A DNA stretch of 64,000 nt, taken from Octopus vulgaris (Eukaryota). A program made the position numbers and the translations under genes. Below are positions 14,881-28,043 of the stretch, piece after piece (the stretch's first letter is position 1; the number at the start of each line of letters is the position of its first letter). The DNA lies in assembly GCA_951406725.2 (NCBI GenBank), contig OX597814.1, positions 96,906,001-96,970,000 on the forward strand. The letters run 5' to 3'. The notes under the pieces were generated by a model, which worked only from the letters and a program-made list of their open reading frames with translations, was not told the origin of the DNA and did not search any database.

Positions 14881-17800
14881 TAAAAGTTGGCCTTTCTTAT
14901 TTTGTATGAGGAATACTGAATGCCTTCATGCAATACCTGCCTGATAAGAAACTTTGTCCCTAGCAATGGACCAGATTGACTTGGAGAGATCATTGTCAAT
15001 CATGGCCTGGATCTTTGGAGATATGTTGTGCTTGAGAAGACCCAGCAAGCCAAATATGATTGTAGCCATGGCCAATGCCAGTGTCACATAACCGGCCCAT
15101 TTAAAAATGCCCTTCAATTATTATATTATATATATATATGTGTGTGTGTGTGTTGTGTGTATATATATGTATATGTATATACACAGTAGAGTGTAACAGA
15201 CTTAACCCTTTTGGTTAAGTCCCTGATTCTTTGATATAAACTTTCTATATAAAGGGACCTAAATTAAAATTTCACATTAAAATTCCATGTTATTTTATGT
15301 TCCAATTAGTAATGACCATGATATTTTAGTAAATTCTTTATTGTTTTTCAAAATTTATTGAAATAAAGAGGGTGTAGTTCAGCAGAAATATGGGAATGAA
15401 TGGGTTGATATAGTCATCTATGCAATTAATTATTAGACAGAATCTCTCTGTATGAATGTTTAAAATCCAAAAAAAATTAATTGATTGGAAGTTTTGGAAA
15501 CTATTAAAAAAAGATGCAGATTTAGTTTTGAAACCAACTGGGAAAGGCTGTGGATATGTTATGGCTTTATTAAACTTCCTCAGTGTTTTATTAAAACAAT
15601 ACTATGTGATTCAAGATAGATTTTGTTGCTATTTCTAGCAGGTCACCTAACTACACTAGGAATGTTAGTAAATAAATATGTAGCAACTTACTGTAATCAA
15701 AGAGTTAAAGTTTTTGATATTTGAAAGAACTGGATTGAGTGAGATTCATTTTTGCAGTGGAATTTTGGATGTTTAGTCCTATTGTTACCACAATTCTGTT
15801 GAATTAAATTTATTTTGAAAATGATAAAGAATTTAGTAAAATAAATTTGCTCTTATTAACCTGGTGTTTTGAAAATGAATGAGCATGAATTTAGATGAAA
15901 GATTTAAATCTGAATCAGGACCAGTTTCATGCTAGCCAGTATAAAGATGATTAAAAATGATTGGACATTTAAGTATGAAAAAACTTAATAATTAGCATGT
16001 TGTAAGCTTTTATTACTACCCTTTCTTATCTCTCATATTTATCATTATATACTTAGGATTTTATGGAATATTCATGTTAGTTTTCAGTACTAATGGTAAC
16101 TCAAAAGGATTGCTTACAAATGATAAGAGTATTATAGTAGAATCAGTTGTAACTGCTACATTAATAGCTGCTAGAGTAACTGTAGCAACTGAGGCTGCAA
16201 AAGAAGCAATATCTATTAAGTTTTATTATAAAGCTAATGAAATATGTGTCATGCCTGAAATCAATAACAATTACACAATTCTGACAAAAATCTCTTTTAA
16301 CTTTCAATAACGAAAATGTTTCTAATACAGATGTTTATAGATATTAGAAGCTAATATTATATAACAAAATATTTATGTACCACATGGAATTGAGTAAAAT
16401 ATATATATATATATATATATGAAATTGCAGCTGCTATTATTTTTATATATATATATATAATTTTACAGATATTGCTTTTTGTGTTTTTATTATACTTCTA
16501 TGTCCAACTTCATGATATAGAAAGAAAAATGAATTGTCTGTAGGAATCAATAAAGTTGACTGAACATGAATCTGATGCAGTGCCACTAATATACCAATTG
16601 TTTCATCCATATATATTATGTGTACGCCTTTCATGTATATCTGTTCATATATAGACATATTTCTATGTTTACATGTCTATTCATTGGATATATATAGCAC
16701 TGTATGCTTACTAAAATCTCCTAGCAGTTATTATGGATTAACTGTACATTAAGTGTTGCGTTTTACAAAATAAATTACTACAATCCATTATTTATTCTAC
16801 TTAGGTTTCCTTTTAATGTAAATCATTGTATATGTGAATAAATATTACATTCATTGACAAACTGATGTAAAAAGAAATGGGATGAGTAGTTTATCTTAGC
16901 CAATAATTTAATGAGGAATTTATTATTCAAATGTATTATTTATACTCTCGAAAATCTGAATAAGTTACAAACCATTTGTGACCTCCTGAGTTTGTACAGA
17001 TTGTCTTTGATGAAATGAAAAAAAAAGGAAGTTGAAAAGAGAGAAGAAACTAGTTGATAGTACTTTTCCTCACCATGGACACTATGCAGGTGTTTTAGAT
17101 GAAAATCAATTAAAGGATAGTTGAATGGTTCACTAAGATTTCTCTTAGTATGGTAGTATAAGTTTAGTGTTGAATGAATGATGTTTTGTAGATGTTTAAT
17201 GCTGGTTGTAATATTTAATATTAATAAATGAGTAAATTCTTTCTTTAAATATTTGTTGTTTTGTTAGTAATAATTATTTTTTACTGTCATAATAATTTTC
17301 GTTACACTTATTTATTTCAAGTGGTCCAGTTTTCTGATTCATTAATTAAGAACTTCAATTTAAAATTAAAACCTTAATTAAAATAAACAATAACACAGAC
17401 TACTGAAATCCTTTTAGTTTGGCACTCAAACATTTTTGCTGCTCCACTGCTTTAAAATCACAATAAGATTTATCGCTGAATATTCACTTTTATAGAAAAA
17501 TTTGATTTCAAAAAAATAAATGAGAATTTCTTTACATTTCAAATATTCTTAATTAACTTTAATTTCTCAACCATTATAACAGATTTTTGTTGTTATCTAT
17601 ACATGCAGCCACAATTTCTTAAACCGAAATAAAATAGCCACAAAACTAGCCTTTGATCATACCCTACCCCTCTTAATAAAACACTGCCAATTAAGTAGAA
17701 TATGCTTTGCTGAGAATCTTTCATAAGTATTAGGCTTAAGAAATAATGCCTGGGGTCGATTTGTTCAACTAAAACTCTTCAAGGTGGTGCTCCAGCATGG

Positions 17801-18479
17801 CCACAGTCAAATGACTGAAGCAAGTAAAAGTAAATGAAAAACCTTTGCTCTCTCCCCCCTCTATGGGGCACAGGTCATTGACAACTTGTCTCTGCTGTTC
17901 TCAACCTTGGACTATCTTTTTTGCTTCTTTCCAGCTGGATGCCTGCAAGAGAAGGCCTTCTTCTCCCAGGTCTTGTTGGTTTTGAATAGTCATCTATGCT
18001 TCTGTAACTTTAATTGTTTTTGTTTTTTTGTTTTTTGTTTTTTTTTCTATGCAGACCCATTTTTATTTCTGGGAAGAAGTGGTAAATATTAGCCTGACCA
18101 TTATTCTTTAACTTGCCCAGTATGAGAGGCCCCCTACTAGGAGCTTGCACTCTGCTGGTTTAGCTCTAAGGATACTTGAGCTACACTGCAACAAGGATTG
18201 GACCTTGTGGGTTGAGAAGGTCTAATAAGACTAAACCATGTCCATTGCATTCATCAGTTAACCACAAGAATAGATATATTTCAATATTGCATTTCTTAAT
18301 ATTTTCCAAAACTTTCAAATACACAAACACACACATACACACATACGCATCTTATTAACAAGAAACATTAGTATTTATTTGATAGGAAATTGTATTTTGT
18401 TTATGAAAAATGGTTTCCATTATTTGCAATACATTTCAATAATTTTTTCTAAACTTTATAAATTTTTATTTCTATATCT

Positions 18480-18952
18480 GGTAAGTAGCTTGCTTACAAA
18501 CCGCGTGGTTCCGGGTTCAATCCCACTGCCTGGCACCTTGGGTAAGTGTCTTCTACTATAGCCTCGGGATGACCAAAGCCTTGTGAGTGGATTTGGTAGA
18601 CAGAAACTGAAAAAAGCTCATCGAGTGTGTATATATATATATATATATAATAATAAATATTAGGAAACAAGGAAGACAATCTTCAGATGGAGGTTTTGTC
18701 TCTAATTAATATTATATATATATATATATGTATGTATGTGTGTGTATGTGTTCGTGTGTCTGTGTTTGTACCCCCCAACATCGCTTGACAACTGATGCTG
18801 GTGTGTTTACGTTCCCGTAACTTAGTGGTTCGGCAAAAGAGACTAATAGAATAAGTACTAGGCTTACAAGGAATAAGTCCTGGGGTCGATTTGCTCAACT
18901 AAAGGCGGTGCTCCAACATGGCCACAGTCAAATGACTGAAACAAGTAAAAGA
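18480..18952 (+). mobile_element. SINE family A, nearly complete
   Basis: tRNA-like head ggttcaatccc, ccttgggtaagtgtcttctactatagcc core, family A tail. Confidence 0.85.
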
Positions 18953-20598
18953 GGTATATATATATATATAATTTTGCTTTCCTATCTTGTGGTTTCAGGT
19001 TCAGTCTCACTGTAAGGCACCTTGGGCTACTGTCTTCCATAGTCCCAGGCTTACCAAAGCTGTGTGAATGGTTTGGTAGGCTGAAACTAAAAGAAGCCCA
19101 TTGTATACATACATACATGTGTTTGTGTATGTGTTTGCACCTCCTTGTCTTGACATAGTGTGATAGTTGAAATTGAGTATCACCATCATACAAGCAGTGT
19201 TATTTGTTTCCAATCATATTCTGATCATGGGAAACAATTTAGGGTTGGTAACAGGAAGAGCATCTGTCATAGAAAATCTGCCTCAATGAATTCTGTCTGA
19301 CACATGGAAAAGTGGATGTTAAAATGATGGTAGTGGTGGAGGTGGCGATGATGATGATGTTTCATAGTTTGACATTAGCTGAATGTTTTTTCTTTTACAT
19401 CTTAGGCTTTTGATATAATATTGTCTATTTTCCAAAATAATTTCAATTATAAAGATTTCAGCAAATATAAATTTAAAAAGAGATAGGTTCTTTAAAAAAT
19501 GCTTAATATGAGATTTAATTTCACATTGGGCAAAATGCTTGGCTGTATTTTTGTCTGTCTTCATGTTCTGAGTTCAAATTCCACCAATGTTGACTTTGCA
19601 TTTCATCCTTTCAGTTAAACACTAGGGTTAATTTAAATGACTTGGGTCCTCCCCAACAAACCCACTGGCCTTGTGCCAAAATTTAAAGCCAGTATGGGAT
19701 TTAATTTCATTGTCAGAAATAATTTGTTTTGCCACTTTACACCCCTTCTTCCATGTTTGCGTGGACCATGTATTTATTTGTTGGAGCTGTTAGTATTACA
19801 AAATGATGCTCTTCTGCTACTGACAATGAGTTTCTAATCCACTGCTGTTATTAGACATATGTATCAGATCTTTTGGAAACTTACAAATGTAAATTATATA
19901 TGCCTGCTAAAATCTCAAAAGTTTTTAGGAGCTGGTGCTTTCCAGTTTTATGGTGTGATGTGAGCAAGAGACAACTTTCACCCTAGGATAAGATACCAGT
20001 CAATAAACTGGTTAATATTCCCAGGTGATCTGCTGCATATTTTTGACAGATATGTGAGCTAAAGCAAAAATAGAATAAACAGCTCCACCCAAACATTTAA
20101 CAAAGTACTTGTAGTTCATGTGAACTCTTAACATTCCTGCTGGTAGGTAGTCCAATAGCTTATTCAGTCATCTCACTTCTACATTGTTCTTTCTGATTGA
20201 CCCAGCATGTAATTCATGAGTAGATTTATCTGAACTGCTTAAAACATTAAGCTAGACCTAAACATCAACCATAATGTTGAACTAGTAATGGAACCTCTAC
20301 ATGATTGCTTAGCTTGCTAGAAATGGTATCTAAATCTTTTTCAAATCTCAATGTACCATAGATGATGTAGTCCTATATACACTATATTGGGAAAAGATGG
20401 TGTGGTTATGGATTAAATGTCTTTGATCATAGGATTGTTCAGTCATTGCTAACTATGGGCTAAATTACAATTACTAGATGTTATGAACCTTGTGGAGTTA
20501 TTGGAGACAGTTTTACGTTTGTATGCAAGTTATATTGTATTTTTTAATCTTTATCAAATGGATAATAATAATGATAATGACAATAATAAGAAGAAGAA

Positions 20599-21210
20599 TG
20601 ATAGCGTTACTCATATAGTAAGTGAATGTAGCATTCTGGCACAGAAAGAATACAAGAATAGACATGACAATCTAGGGAGAGTAGTCCACTATGTAGAAAG
20701 CTAAGATTTGACCATACTGATAAATGGTATGAACATGAACCTAGTAAAGTAATAGAAAGTAAGAAATACAAGATGTTGTGGGACTTAAACATTCAGACTG
20801 ACAGAGTAATAGAAGCTAGAAGACCTGATTTGGTAGTAGTAGATAAAGAGAATAGAAAGTGCCAGATAATTGACTTTACAGACCTTAATGATGAAAAAAT
20901 TAATATGAGAAGTATAGAAAATTAGCAAAGTACCAGGACCTTGCTATTGAATTACAGAAACTATGGAAAGTGTGGGTAAAATGTATCCCAGTAGTTATAG
21001 GTGCAGCTCCAGAAAGTTGTACTAAACTGGAGCGGTTTAGTACAGCTCCAGAAAAGTGTTAGGAACAGCTAGGATACTTAGGAAGGTTCCTGGCATCTAA
21101 GGTTACTTCCTGTAACCCAATAAGAGGGTTCTTGGCATCTAAGGCTACTTGTTGTAACCCGGTGTTAGGATTCTTTTCTTTTCCAAGTCTAATCTGTTGA
21201 GTGTATATGA
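20599..21210 (+). mobile_element. 5'-truncated R4/Dong-like non-LTR retrotransposon (zinc knuckle and restriction-like endonuclease)
   Basis: Translates to SVTHIVSECSILAQKEYKNRHDN ... LWDLNIQTDRVIEARRPDLVVVDK; flanked by (TAA)n-type runs. Confidence 0.85.
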
Positions 21211-21871
21211 AAATAATAATAATAATAATAATAATAAATAATAATAATACTAACAACAACAATAATAATAATAATTAATAGTAATAAGTAGATATAAGGA
21301 TCTTTAAATAGAAGTCTCAAAAATCTAAGAACAGCAACTGTACTTGTGATCATCAGAGATTTAGGGCCAGTACCAAAAGGCACTCTTAAACGCTATAGCC
21401 AAATACTAAGAAACCCCAAGGGATCAGAACTACAAAAAATTCTTAGAATGTGAACAGTAGTTCACACCCTAAGAAAAATATCATCAACCTAAAAATACCT
21501 GATTCTCTTAAAACTCTTACAAATTCAACAGAATCTTAGTTCTTAGATTCTGGTCTTCTTCCTGTATAATATATACCATTGCTAATCATAACTAATATTC
21601 ATAGTAAAATGTCCAATTTGCTGTTACTTGAGGTCTCTAACTGAGACACAGAACAGCTCATGTAAAACAAAGCTACAATAACATAAATGCTAAAAAAAAT
21701 ATCATCATTAACAACAGCTGTATTTTAACTACATGCATAAATTTCATAAAAATAAAGATTCATTACAATGATTTTTTTTTTTTTTTTTTGCTTTGCTATT
21801 ACAGAATTTCAAGTATTCTTCAAATTTTAAATGACTACTAACCAATTGCTTGGTAACATGACCTTCAAGTT

Positions 21872-21944
21872 ATGATGAAGTATTTTAGTTCATGTCCAAA
21901 AGAAGATAACAATTTTAAAAAGTCATCAACTAATATGGGAAAGA
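21872..21944 (+). CDS. EcR: NR1H receptor coding exon 1 ([24 protein letters not shown]); exon probably starts at 21805 with 5'UTR
   Basis: Long poly-T tract and acag acceptor ending 21804; in-frame TAA at 21854-56 upstream of ATG 21872; donor a|gtaagt at 21945 is phase 1, matching the next exon. No homology support, so less certain than the other exons. Confidence 0.6.
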
Positions 21945-24900
21945 GTAAGTAACATTTTCTTTTAAATATATTAAACCCTTTTATGACCATATTTCTGATG
22001 GAATAGACTGCTTTTGCTCAAAACCTTTGCCATTATTAACCCTTCTATTCTGTTGAAATACTCTGCTTTTGTTTCAATTTATTTTAAAAATACAAAAAAT
22101 TTAGTAAGATAACATTGTCTTTATTAACCTGATATTTGGAAAAATAATTTAAGATAGGATTTTGATGGAAGATTTGCATCATTGAATCAAAGGTTGTCAT
22201 AGGTGGGTTCGTATCAAAAGGGTTAGGCTGATGTATGGAATTTTGATGGGAAGTTTTAATTTAATACCTTTAAAAAAAGAAAGTAGACTGCTCCTTGTTT
22301 TGTGAAAAAAAGAATGTATTGTAGTTCAAGGGACAGTCTCGGATGGGCTGGTATCGAAAAGGTTTAAACTTTGAAAAGGTTCTGTAATATTTTAGAATCA
22401 TGTTAATTTTCCCCGTTCTATTCTAAATTGAAAATTAAACCTTTCTAAAGTGCTTGCTTCACTTATTGTTAAGTCGGGCATTTCTAAAGTACTTACTTTG
22501 CCTCATCTATCAAGTTGGACAGTTTTTCAAAGTTCTTGTCTTGTAGAGAACAGTTTTCAAATGCTTAGCAATATTTTCTAAAGTGAGTTTGTCTCATTTA
22601 TAGTTAAGTTTTCAGAATTCTTATTTTGTGATAGAACCTTAACTGGCTGTTGCTGAAAGCTGAAGAAAAAGATTGTAATAGATGAATTTTTTAACATTAT
22701 ATAGAGAAAATAATAAAATTAGTGATTGAGTTTAGATCTTATAATAAAATTTCATCCAATTTTTAAGTTTACCATATTGTAAACTCAACCAGAAATCCAG
22801 TATATTACTATTCACAGTAGTAGAAGGATTACTTCTTTTTAATTTCTTCAATTAAAAGAAATGGTGAAATGTTCTGTATGATGTAGAGATCAGCGATTCT
22901 CAACTATTTTTCATCTATGGACTCCTTTGATTACTATTTTACTCTGGTGGACCTCCATAGCCTTTTAATGTTTATCAACTAGTTTTCTAGCTACTTCTTT
23001 CAAAATTCTTACTTTGTTTTTCACACATTAACTTGTGATAGGCTGAACTAATGTAAAATGATACCTAGCTGTTTCTTGCAATAAATATATCTAAAGCAAA
23101 ATTTTTTCATGGACATAAAACTCTACTGTGGCTTTCCAATTTACGACTTTGTTTGCATGGACCTCCAAAAGTCTTATATGGACTCTGGTTAAGAACCACT
23201 GATGTAGATGAACTGAAAAAAAATTTTTTTATTGTTTTAGAAACAAAAAAAAACATGTCTTTTTTCTTTCCCTTTAATTTTGACAACACTCTATTCCCAG
23301 TTATAACATTTTGTATTCTTTGTTAAATATATTTGTTGATGCTAAGCAATTTGTTCTATCTATATCTTATTTGCAGACTTTCTATGCATGCACTAGTAAT
23401 CTATCTTCTTGCAAAAGCGACTTATTTTAATATATGATTTATAAATGTAACATTAATGCACAAATTTGAAGATATGGAAGATTATGGAAGAAATTTAAGA
23501 CATGCAAAACCAAATTTTAGAGTTGCAGTCATATCATTATTGCAATGTTAGCGAAATACCCATAATTCCCTGTAGTGTTATAAATGACTTCTTATTTAGG
23601 TTCTAGGCTACAACTTTATAGATGAGAGAAGAGTTTGTATAATGCTTGTTTTTCTCTAAACTCTTAGCAGAACAAATGAAAGGAACTGGCTTCAACTGGT
23701 GATTAAGATGCCTTATGGACTTGGCTTTTTGAAAGTTAAAATCGTTTTTTATATTGATAGATATAGCTTTCAGACATGTAAGTTGTCCTTGGTATAATTT
23801 TACATCCTGGCTTAGTTTGTACAGTTGTAGTTATTCACTTTAGACTTGGAGCATTTACATAATATTTCTATTTTTCTTCTAACACATTTAATAGAATTAC
23901 TGTTCATAATTGCTACTGTTATAAAAAAAAAAAGAAACAGAAAATTTTCTTAAGTTTTACGAAATTAATTTGAAATCATATTTGTCATAGTAGATGTTAG
24001 ACAAAACTTTAGAAAAAGAGTGGCTGACAAACTTCCTAATTAAACTCACTATAAATTATACTTAGGAGACTCACATGAATCAGAAACATCTTTACAGGCT
24101 ATGCTATATCTATATGGGCTCTTCTCAATTCCCTAGCCTGTGAACTACTTTCCAGAGATGACTTCATGCTGGAGGAAGGGAAAATTATAATGAACATTGT
24201 CTCCATGACTCTTCTCATTACTGACTTTTAGCGAATCTTTTACTGACAAAAGTCTTTTTTCTCTGTCTAATTAATCAGTCTTTGAATGAATGAATGAATG
24301 AATGAATGAATGAATGAATGAATGAATGAATGAATGAATGAATGAATGAATGAATGAATGAAGAGAGAGAGAGAGAGAGAGCAGTTTTGTGAATTGTACT
24401 TTAAAATTGCCATTGTTAATTGGCATTTCTAGATTTAGAGATTTCATTTCCAACAGTCAAACAAATATTAAAAAAATTTTGCAGTTGTTAGATTATTACA
24501 AATTTAGCTTTATTATTTTTGTCTTTTTAACATCTAATTACTACATTAAAGTGATTCTACTGTGTTGGGAATTGAATTGAAATTAAACTGGCAAACATGT
24601 TAATATAACAATAATTTTTGCTCTTGTAGAATTGGTAGAGTATTAGACAAAATGCTATGCTGATATTTGTTTTAGCTCTTTACATTCTGAGTTCCCATTA
24701 AGACTAAATTTGTCTATGTTAGAAATAATCATTATATTCATCATCACTATTATTATCATGATTATTATCATCATCATTATTATTATTATTGTCATTATCA
24801 TTTTCTTTCAATTCTGTTTCCATTTCATGCCAAGTGTCTTCCTGACACCTAGGGCAGAGAAACTCATTATAGACATTTTATAGACCATTAAAATAAACAC

Positions 24901-27255
24901 ATCAGATTGTTCATTTACAAAGTCATGTGATAGAGAAAAGGGAGAAAATAGAAAAAGCAAACAAAGAAAATAAAGGGGAAAAAATAAAGAAAATTCACAT
25001 TGACAATGCTCTTCTCAGTACATGTAACCTGCAGGGATTGTAAGCCAGGGATCAGTCTTAAATAATTTTCAGTTCCTTTTCTTGATCATTCCAAGTGCTC
25101 CTACAATCACTGGTATTGTAACCATCTTGAGACACCAAATCTTTTCGATTTCAATTAGCAAATCTTTATATTTTCTGAGCTTATCAAATTCTTTTACAGT
25201 CACAGGGTATACTCATGTCAATCAATAAACAGATTTTATTGTTTTGATCTTTCGCAACAATATCTGGTTTATTTGCTTTGATGGTCTGGTCTGTACATAC
25301 TGGAAATAACATTATTATTGTCATTATCATCATTATTGATGTTCTGGAGAACTCCCAGAGAGTTCTTAATTACCAGTTATTCTTTACTTGAAAGGTTTCA
25401 AGTAGTGCCTTCTCCTGTAACTCAAAGAGACAATACCCCTTAGAATGTGAGCTGTACCCAACAATGCTGCCTTTTGGATCACCTCGAGTCTGACAGCAGC
25501 CCCAGTATTCTTAATATGTTTTTCAAAGCCCTTGGAAACTGCTCCTAGTGCTTCAATTACCACTGGTATCACCATCACTTTCCTTATGCCCCATAATTTT
25601 CCTATCTCATCCCGCAGTGGCTGGAATTTCTCAGTCTTTTCTGTTTCCTTATATTTCACCTTCAAATTGCCTGGTATTGCAACATCTATTATCTTTACTT
25701 CTTTTTCATCTTTGTGGATGAGCATGATATTATTATTATTTCCTTTGCACAGCTTCTAATGCTGGAGATGTACTACAATGCAACTGTTCACTACCAGTGA
25801 ACTAAGGTAGCACATCTTATTTTTCGAGCAGCTTCCGGATTATTCAAGCAGTTCCAAGCAGTGCTGTTTTCTGCAAGTGCTCCACCCTTATTGCAGCCCC
25901 TATTTGTTCCACATACTTCTCAAGATTTTTACTCACTGTTCCCAGGGCTCCGACAATTATTGGTACTACTGCTACCTTTTTCATCGACCACAATTGCTTA
26001 ACTTCCCAAGCTAACCTGTCATATCTCTCAACTTTTCTTTCTTCCTTATTGCATACCTTGTTGTCAGCTGGGCATGTTGTATCTATGATCCAGCATAGTT
26101 TGTTTTCTTCCTCAATTAAGACTATGTCCAGCTTCCTATTCTCTATCTCATGGTCGCACTGGATCATAAAATCCCATAGGGTCTTTGCATTTCTACTTTC
26201 GATGATGCCTTCAGGTTTGTGGTCCTACCAATTTTTTGGTCTGTCAAGTTCATACTTGTTGCAGAGTGTCCAATGGACAATCCTGGCTATATTGTCATGG
26301 CATCTCTTATATTCCTTCTGGGCTAGTGGCGTACATTGGCTGGTAATATGCCATACGGTTTCACCATTTTGTCCGCAGATTCTGCACTTATCACTTTCTG
26401 ATGTGTTGTCTCTTCTGTATTTTATGTAGTATGTTCTTAGTGCTTGCTCTTGGGCAGCACAGATTTCCAGTTTTAAATCAATTTTCATCATCTACAGCTA
26501 TCTTTTTTCTCTGTCTGTTTTATCTTCAACATCCCTATGAAATTGACCATGCATTCTTTTCTTTATCCACCTATTTTCAGTTTCATTCGTTTTTAATTTC
26601 TTGTATAGTGCTTTATCTTTGCAATCTTTCATCCTACGCAAGTCTGACCTTCCTACTTCTAATAACAGCAGTTGTTTCTTCTGCTTTAATGCTGTGTTTG
26701 CATCCAATAAGTCCTCTTCCCTAGTGCATGCCATCAAAGTGACACTGGGGTAAAATATATGAAGCCCAATATACCCATTGTGACTACCCATCTGACAAGG
26801 GTACACCAGGCACATGCATCACAATCATATGTGCATGACATGCTGATCTCATATCAAGATAAACAGTGTATGACCTTGCAGATGGGGCCCAGTTAGAATA
26901 TTCTTCAGGTCAAATAGCCCATTCCACCCAAAAGGTCCCTGAATAAGGGTTGTTTAAGGATGTTGAATGAAACACCCATGTTTCCAGAAGTAAATTATCC
27001 AAACCCCAAAGAATTATTTTCAACACATGGCTACGTTTGTGATCAGAGATACACATATTGTCAGCCACTAAGGGACATGCCCAACTGGTTAAGATCAAAC
27101 AACTAACAAGCAAATCTGTGGTATTGAGCAGAATATTTGCTGTAGCCCATCTTTTATACCAAGTCAAAAGAATGTACATGATAACACTTTCAATCAGTTA
27201 AAATCAGAAGCCATGAGAGGCAGTGCCTGGTACTGCATCAGGGCATTTCTTCTTC

Positions 27256-27290
<35 letters not shown>

Positions 27291-27312
27291 GTTATTATTA
27301 TTATTATTATTA

Positions 27313-27348
<36 letters not shown>

Positions 27349-27997
27349 TTGGAGCTGTTCAGAATTATAAGATATAACATTTTTTATATCTGTTTTATAA
27401 AATTGATTTTTATTTTGTTTTTTCTAGTTTTAAAAGCTTGTCCATCAAAAGAGGCCATAAGCCAAATTAATGGTCCTCTCACAACTGTATCAATGAATAT
27501 TGCAAGCCAAACAGAGTTCCCAACAGCACAAAATAAATCAGATGAGAAAAAGAATTCCTGGGAGAGTACACCACAAAAATTATCTAACAGAACACAAAAA
27601 ACAACCGAAGAAGAGCTTTGTAGAATATGTGGAGATCGTGCATCAGGTTATCACTACAATGCTCTCAGCTGTGAAGGATGTAAAGGTATGTAACAGCTTC
27701 TATCACATTTCAGTATAATATCTTTGTTATGATATGACCATAGGATGAAGTATTTTAGTTCATGTCCAAAAGAAGATGCCAAGCTGGGAGTTTAACCTTA
27801 CTCTTTTACTTGTTTCAGTCATTTGACTGCGGCCATGCTGGAGCACCGCCTTTAGTCGAGCAAATCGATCCCAGGACTTATTCTTTGTAAGCCTAGTATT
27901 TATTCTATCGGTCTCTTTTGCCAAACCACTAAGTTATGGGCATGCAAACACACCAGCATCGGTTGTCAAGCGATGTTTGAGGACAAACACAGACACA

Positions 27998-28043
<46 letters not shown>

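Noticed and set aside
16074-16310. 78-aa non-repetitive ORF
   Set aside because: No recognisable domain or splice context linking it to a gene.
17872-17884. AGGTCAtTGACaa, an IR1/EcRE-like site upstream of exon 1
   Set aside because: Two mismatches in the second half-site and it lies in a repeat relic related to 34660-34990; expected by chance in 64 kb.
27223-27427. Poly-Leu N-terminal extension of ORF 27223..27693 resembling a signal or transmembrane segment on the receptor
   Set aside because: It is an intronic (TTA)n tract upstream of a good acceptor at 27427, and the ORF starts at GTG.
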